This document shows positions 57,451 to 64,000 of a stretch of DNA of 64,000 bases, one piece after another (the stretch's first letter is position 1; each line of letters begins with the position of its first letter). The notes beneath the pieces are model-generated. The model worked only from the letters and a program-made list of their open reading frames with translations, was not told where the DNA came from and searched no databases. The stretch is from Ramazzottius varieornatus (Eukaryota > Animalia > Tardigrada): positions 1,571,145 through 1,635,144 of the forward strand of contig BDGG01000002.1 of assembly GCA_001949185.1 (NCBI GenBank), read 5' to 3'. The translations under genes and the position numbers were made by a program.

Positions 57451-60400
57451 ATAATCGACGGCACTTTCTGCACAATAACAATAACTTTTGCGCAGTTCGT
57501 TCTTGAGCTTTAAACAAGCCAGTTGACTGTCTCTGATTCCAATACACTCAGAAACAGAGGCTGTTGGTTCCCAGCCGAAGGCCCTTCGAACGCCAGATGG
57601 AATGTGCGAATATTTTCCTGTAAAAAAACTACCATTTTAAGTTTCGAACATGTTGTTGTTAGGAAGAGTCGATTAATGTTGCGAAATCATATCGTGTCTT
57701 GGTAAGCGTATATTACGCCAGGCCGCCGCTGACTCTTTCCTGATATTCGTACGGCGCTGCAAGCTGTAGATGACTTTCCAGTGTTGGTTTTACCTTTGAC
57801 TGCGTATTTGCAGTATTATGGCCAAATTCCATTTCACCCAGCAAACCAAATATATTATTTTACGTTTTAGTACCATGACCGTCCCATGAGCAAGTGTTTG
57901 ATACATCCGAAACAGCAGTGTTGCTCCAATATGAGTTTTTCGATTCTAATAGAAAATTATTGTTGATGACAGTACTTTGATGTTAATGCGGTAGTTGATA
58001 AGCCTTCCTTCACGTTGAAGCTCATGGGCGGATATGGCGTAGGCTGGTAATTACATACGGGCTTCCGCCCTTATGTACAGTGTTCTCCCTCGTAGGTTCC
58101 CTTAATGGCACCTCCGCCTTGACCATTCGGCATGTCCGGCTGTGGGCTCCCCCTGCGTACCATTGCTGTATGAAAAACATCTTCTGTGTCTGAGAGTCTC
58201 CTCGAGAAGATCTTCTCGATGAATAACTTGAGTTTCGTTCTTTGCATCGCGCGATTTTCTTACCACCATTCTACCCTTCACGCTTTTCTCCTTTTATTTC
58301 CAATAAAAAATGGGGTCTCTGAGCTCCCTAACGGGACCGTTGCAGCTCAAAGGAACAGCTCGAACGCCGATGCGCCAAGCCGTCACTCCCGCCTCGGTCT
58401 CACACTCAGAGTGTGAGCAACGTTTGGTTGCACCAACGACACCCATCGATGCGTTCAGACGATCCCGGACTGCCCAAATACCAAGTTATATATATTGCTA
58501 TCCCCCTGCTTTTTTGTACGGTCTTGCGTTCGGTTGTCTGTCGATGGAATCTTTTGAATTGTTTTCATACTCGGAACATTGCAGCTGGGGGACACGCGTG
58601 GTTTTTCGTTTCAATTTGGTGTCGAGAAAAACTGTACATAGACCTCTACAATGACTTCAATACGTCACAAACCGGATTTTAACATGAGCATCCAGGGCAA
58701 GTTACGAACCACCCTGAATTCACGCGGAGTAATACGTCACAACCAGTACAGACCAAACCGGACTTCGGCTATGTGCTATACAGGGGTCCCATCTTTTCGT
58801 AGTGTTCCGGATTCTCAGTTGTCTTAGGAAGTTTTCTCGAATTTTGACATGGCGAAAGGCACTGAACGCTCGAAAAGTACTGGAATAGTTCAGACAAGAT
58901 GTACTACAGTGAGGCGTTGTACTCCTGCAAATCCAAAGCGGAAGGAAAATGCGATTTTCGGAGTGAATATCAAACAGCATGGATGACCATGGTTATTTCG
59001 TACAAGAGGTAACGGTGTTTGATGCGTGTAACTGATCACTAGAAGCGCTGAAGCGTGTGAAGATTACAACTATATAAAGAATTGCTTTCGAAAGTGCGGA
59101 ATCGTGCACAAAGAGGAGATACCCTCGGAAGTAGCTGCCAGTGTTATTCTGGATGTTGTTCCTACCATTTCGATCACAGAAGGTGTCCAGCAATATTTTA
59201 TGTTCGACGACGACACAGAAGGCGAATATAGCCACTTTTAATAATTCAGAACGCCGCCGTGCCCGCCGCGAGTGCGTGTACTTATATGGTCCGTATCAAA
59301 CGAGTGTTGTACGACGGCGTACGTTTCTGTGCCAGCAAGCACAGCGCACAGACAACGTTGCCCACAATTTAGGCAAGTTGCACTGAGGGAGAAATCCCAG
59401 GAGAGCTTGCCAGAGTGCTGTGTGAGTCAGTAGTTTGCGGCAGTATGGGAAGCTCTTTCGGGCACCAGTCCAAAGGCTGCGAGCATGTATCAGTCAGAGC
59501 GATCAAACGATCGCACACGGGCCTTGTACGTCACCCTAAACAGGCGTCAGGCGTGCTGATACGTCACGTTCTGAACAGCCAGTCAAAAAGTCGGCCTAAT
59601 AAAACAGGCTATAAAGGCGAGCTTATTTTGCTCTGAGTGTTTTACTTATGGTAGTTCATTGCACTACTTACTGGGCAGTAACACTGATTACTTTTTCACG
59701 TCAGATTTTTCTGGAGTGAACTCTACGCAAGCTACCAAATGCGACGATCGTGCTGTGACGTATTGAAGTCATTGCAGAGGTTCATGTATATGCATTGTTT
59801 AGCGAGTTTTGCTCACCCAAGAAAAAAAGAGTCCCGACTTGAGTAATGACGGAAGTCTATTTCGTACTTTGGTTGGGGCCGCGCACCGTAGCCAGAGTAG
59901 ACTTTTCTCAACCGGCGCATACGTGGTCCAGTGCAGGCTGGAATTTCCGTGCTACGTGGCTGCTCCCGTTAGCTTTGGCCACCGACCATCTCCTCTACTT
60001 TCCTCTCTTACCCCAATCCTGATCCCTACTCTCGTCTAAACTTGACATCTTGTAAACGTTGTGAGGATTGGATGCAGCACTGCAGGACAGCCAACCGACG
60101 GAAACGCAAGTGTTTCCGTGCCAGATACTGCCACCGTTTGTTACGACATTCTGCGTTTCAGGGATCCTGCAGGCTGTTGCTGACGGTAAGCCAAGCGTGA
60201 TTAACTTTTTAAGTTTTCCACTTGGTGCTAACGCCAGTTAGGATTTCCCCAGAAAGACTTCGTGGTCAAACTGCAGCAACGATGATGTTTGGCATTTGGC
60301 TGTTCTTTGGTTTTTTAAGATTTAAGCACCTGTTTAGTCCATCAAACTGAAAGCAGGGAACGAAGGAAGCTTTCCCTTCCGATCGTCTTAGTTTCCGAAC

Positions 60401-61531
60401 AGCAAGAAATCATGGGATCCTTCTTTGGCTGTCTAGATCCGCTGTGGACACAGGATACCAATCCTACCGGGAACATTTAACGGCCCCACTGCAGCGGACG
60501 TCAAAAGCTATATTCCTACGTAATTGAATGTTTTGGTTTTCAGGTGGGCCACTGGCATCAGAACGAAGCCACCATCCAGCAGAACGAGATGGGATCGGGC
60601 GTGAACAACGGAGCGGTCGGGAGAAGTTTCGGTTAAACCATACAACTGGATAGCCTCGAAAATGGACATAAGATAACTTACGAAGTGTCCTCACATGACG
60701 CGACTGACTGTCAGACTGTCATGTCGGGCCTCCATCCTACATGACAGCCTGGCAGCCGGCCACCGACTTGGCCCGATCTTTCGTTGGGTTGAGCCGTCCG
60801 ATAGGTCCGGGCCGGACTTTTGGAGCGAATTAGCTCGAGGAAAGACCGAATCGAGTCGGCCATCCCGATCGTCAATCCGGCTGGACCGGATCATCCATCC
60901 GGTTGGACACCATTAAGAAAGTAATGAAAGTCAATCAAGTAAGAAAGAAAGTAATGGAAGTCAACGAAAATGAACGAAGAGAAGTCGAGCAATGAAGCCA
61001 AAAAATATTAAAAAATATTAACAGTGCCCAATAAATCAATCAACTGGCTGTTTGATTGGTTTATTGGTTGCACAGGTAATGCGCGCAAATGTGCAATTCA
61101 GTGGGCTCATCGTACGTACGCTTCCGTACACAGACGCTCTCGTGCAGGAGTGTACGCCAAACCCACGTTTTGTTCTTGGGTAACGATGAAAGCCTTTGAA
61201 ATCCAGAACAACCAGGAAGTAAGTACGACCTTTACTTCAAGTTGGGTGTGTTTTACCTTAATTCTAAGCCAACTTTTGCAAGAAGATTCAGAGTTTTGAT
61301 AAGGTGTCGGCTTTCGGTTATTTTCGTGAACCTATACTTCATTCGACAGATCTCCACGACATAAGCAGCATGTTTGCTCACAGTTTGATTACTACTCCGC
61401 AAGACTAAAAGTTAATCCCAGAAAACTGACCGGAGCGAAGTCATTCCGAATACACCCACCCTCGGTTGTGTGACCATGGCGAGCACTGTCATTAACTTTA
61501 AATGATTTTTGTTTTGAAATGATAGAATTAA

Positions 61532-61680
61532 TACTGTAAATATGCGCTGCGTCCGCGCAGTACATACACGTACGTGACGATGCACCCTCGTAGGGAGTTG
61601 CGCACTCCGTGAAACCGGACCGGGGCTGTGCTTCACTTGTACGATGACGTACTGCGCGGACGCAGCGAATATTTACAGTA
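61532..61680. mobile_element. 149-bp TA-flanked MITE
   Basis: 32-bp near-perfect TIR TACTGTAAATATGCGCTGCGTCCGCGCAGTAC / GTACTGCGCGGACGCAGCGAATATTTACAGTA. Confidence 0.85.
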
Positions 61681-62104
61681 CCGGATTTCGAGCGGCCGGA
61701 CTGTACTTTATCGCGCACTCAGCCAGGTGACCAGTAAATAATGCCCTGCTGGGACGTGCAGACGCTGCACTACCACCAGATTGAGTGCGCGATAAACTAT
61801 GAGCACTAAAGTATATATTTCTCGAGACGGCGATAATTTCGTTTTCACCATTTCTTCGCCAGCCGCAGCTCGGGTCAACACAATGCGATTCGAAACTGAC
61901 GTACTACACGTCGTGCAAAGCATTGCGATAAAGTCGCGGTTTTGGTACACTCTGCAAGTTTGCCTATTCAGGGTGTGATGAAATATCCGAACGCTTAGTA
62001 AAATCGTTTTACTTAGTAAAAATACAGCGCTCTGTTCTTTTACTTCTTTATTTTAAAACAGCCTGCTGGTTCGACTTCACATTACTTTAGATTAGTTGGT
62101 AAAA

Positions 62105-62154
62105 NNNNNNNNNNNNNNNNNNNNNNNNNNNNNNNNNNNNNNNNNNNNNNNNNN
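62105..62154. other. Assembly gap
   Basis: 50 consecutive N. Confidence 1.
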
Positions 62155-63345
62155 AACCGCTAATTTAAATTAACATAGGGAAAGTCGAAAAAGCCGCTTT
62201 TGGCGACAGTTTAGTTCAACTTTTACCACGTAGAACGACACTGGCGAGAAGACCTTATATATACCTTTATTGTCAGAGAGCTAGCCAGGCAGAGCGTAAG
62301 TATGACAAATTTGAGAAATATTTGGCAAGAGAGCCGGAAGAGACAGGGATAAAGTGATTTCAAACAATATAAAATACTACCAGTTTTAAACCAACAAAAA
62401 AGGATCGATATTCTCTTTGCTCCATTTAAATCTAGAAAGACGTATGTTTGTCAGGTAGGATTCAAAGGCTTCTACTGACAGCAACTGGCTCAGGTTAGGA
62501 CTAAACAAAGGATCTTTCGTCAAGGCAGTAGCCACGTAAGCGAAGGACCCCAGCGTGGACTCTATCATCCTACACGAAGGTGGAGCTGTAGAGACCGGCG
62601 ACAGGACCATTTCTTTGGCTTGACTTCTTGTAATCGAGCTGTCCTTCCATCGCTCTTTCTTGAGAATGCTGTCGCCACCTGTAAATACACTTGATGGTTC
62701 GCAAACACGGCGTATCCCTGACGGTAAGGGCTCTGTTCACTTGCTGGTCTCAACATCGTGGAATGGCTCGCATGAATGAAGGCACTCGGAAGTGCCGATA
62801 TATTGTAAGTAGTCGACTCACGCCGGTTCGACTGTTGCAGACTTTATTCGAATGGCACGAGGACACACGGACTCTATCACAGTATTTCTGGCCGTCCCCG
62901 GGCACGGGTAACCTCTTCGCGCTGCACTTCATCTTTGCCGAGAACTACCAAATCATCCAACGGGTAAGGGGTCCAACTTTTCTAACGCTCACGTCACCGG
63001 TATGTCGGTCCATTTTTTACAGCGTGGAATACTTTACTACAAAAATTTGTCCCTGAATGCGGAAGATTTACTCATGAATCATGAGTCATGATCAACGGCT
63101 AATGAATGTTCTCCCTTTGCTTCAGAATCGGCATACCACATCGGTACATGCACCATTGCGTCCGCCCGAAGAATACACCGTTCAGCCCAGTTTTGCTGAT
63201 CAACAGCCTTTCAATTTTCCATGTGAGCCTCTTCCCTGCTCCCAAAACACGAGAAAAGAACCCAGCTTCCCTATTGCTGTTCTCTGTTATTCGTGGACCT
63301 ACCAATAGCAGCAGCAGAAGTCAGAGGCAAAAGATCTTCCGGCTT

Positions 63346-63450
63346 GTGTTTGAAAATGCATCCCTTTCGGCGGTCACGTGGTTTTGTAACATTAATAAAT
63401 GGTAACTGACGTCGGGTGACCACCGGAAAAGATGCATTTTTAGCAGTGTA
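63346..63450. mobile_element. Micro-MITE (inverted copy of the 8158 family)
   Basis: GAAAATGCATCCCTTTCGGCGGTCACGTGG...GGTAACTGACGTC...CACCGGAAAAGATGCATTTT is the diverged reverse complement of 8158-8262. Confidence 0.8.
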
Positions 63451-64000
63451 GTTCAATCGCACAAAACGATGTGACTACGAGGTAGTTAAAAACTCTGATT
63501 CAAAGGAAATCAGCAGAACAAGCCAGCGGTGCCGCTGCTAGCATTTTGACGATTGGCTCCTAAACGGGTCGGTCTGATTCAGGCAATCCGAACTTTAATA
63601 TGTAAAATTCAATGAGTGCAACGTATGTACAACGATCTAGCTTCGGTTCGACTTGTGACGTCCGGGCTATGATTGCCATTCCACAATTATTGTTTTCCGC
63701 AAAGTCTATTACGCAGGCACGCAGCGGCATCGCTGAAACAAACGTCTAGCAAGGTACAAAAGGGGTAACAGGAAACGCTATCGAGACCTGAGAACAAAAG
63801 ACTGCAAAACCATCGGAAGGGACTACCAGGAAGACCACGATGTACTATGTCACGTTTAGCGAAGGTAGTGAGTTACTTCAGAGGAATGGTGCCGGTAATG
63901 GCAAAAGCCAAGGTAACGTAACGCACACTTGTGCGACCAAAGTTTTCACGGACCTGCCACAACGTCATGTTGGGCTCCAACCACTGGTACTCGCTCTTCA

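Noticed and set aside
53245-64000. Numerous 60-130 aa ORFs and isolated splice-like signals
   Set aside because: They give no domain signatures or coherent exon chain. The region looks repeat-rich and non-coding, though UTR exons of a gene outside the window cannot be excluded.

Overview
Gene-dense eukaryotic DNA with many short GT-AG introns. A CAHS gene points to a eutardigrade, probably Ramazzottius-like (inference). I reconstructed 13 apparently intact spliced genes: a receptor guanylyl cyclase, a Kelch-only protein, a pogo/CENP-B-type HTH plus homeodomain protein, a small secreted Cys-hairpin precursor, FAN1, TBCC, GILT, PIG-T, QRSL1/GatA, CAHS, a Gly-rich secreted protein, RPS4, a thioredoxin-PUL fusion and a BTB protein (14 counting both small secreted genes separately). 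The window also holds a CYP pseudogene fragment, a decayed CRE-like non-LTR retrotransposon, many MITE/foldback elements and a 50-N gap. The best candidates for something undescribed are (1) an intact WCGPC thioredoxin fused to the PLAA/Ufd3 DPFTG linker and PUL domain, and (2) a transposase-like double HTH joined to a divergent homeodomain that is split over three exons and invisible in the ORF track. Next come (3) a secreted precursor ending in CX3CX3C-X8-CX3CX3C, (4) a duplicated covarying hairpin in the retrotransposon leader, and (5) two head-to-head tRNA-like units joined by a 16-bp palindrome. All exon structures were read by eye and novelty was not checked against any database.
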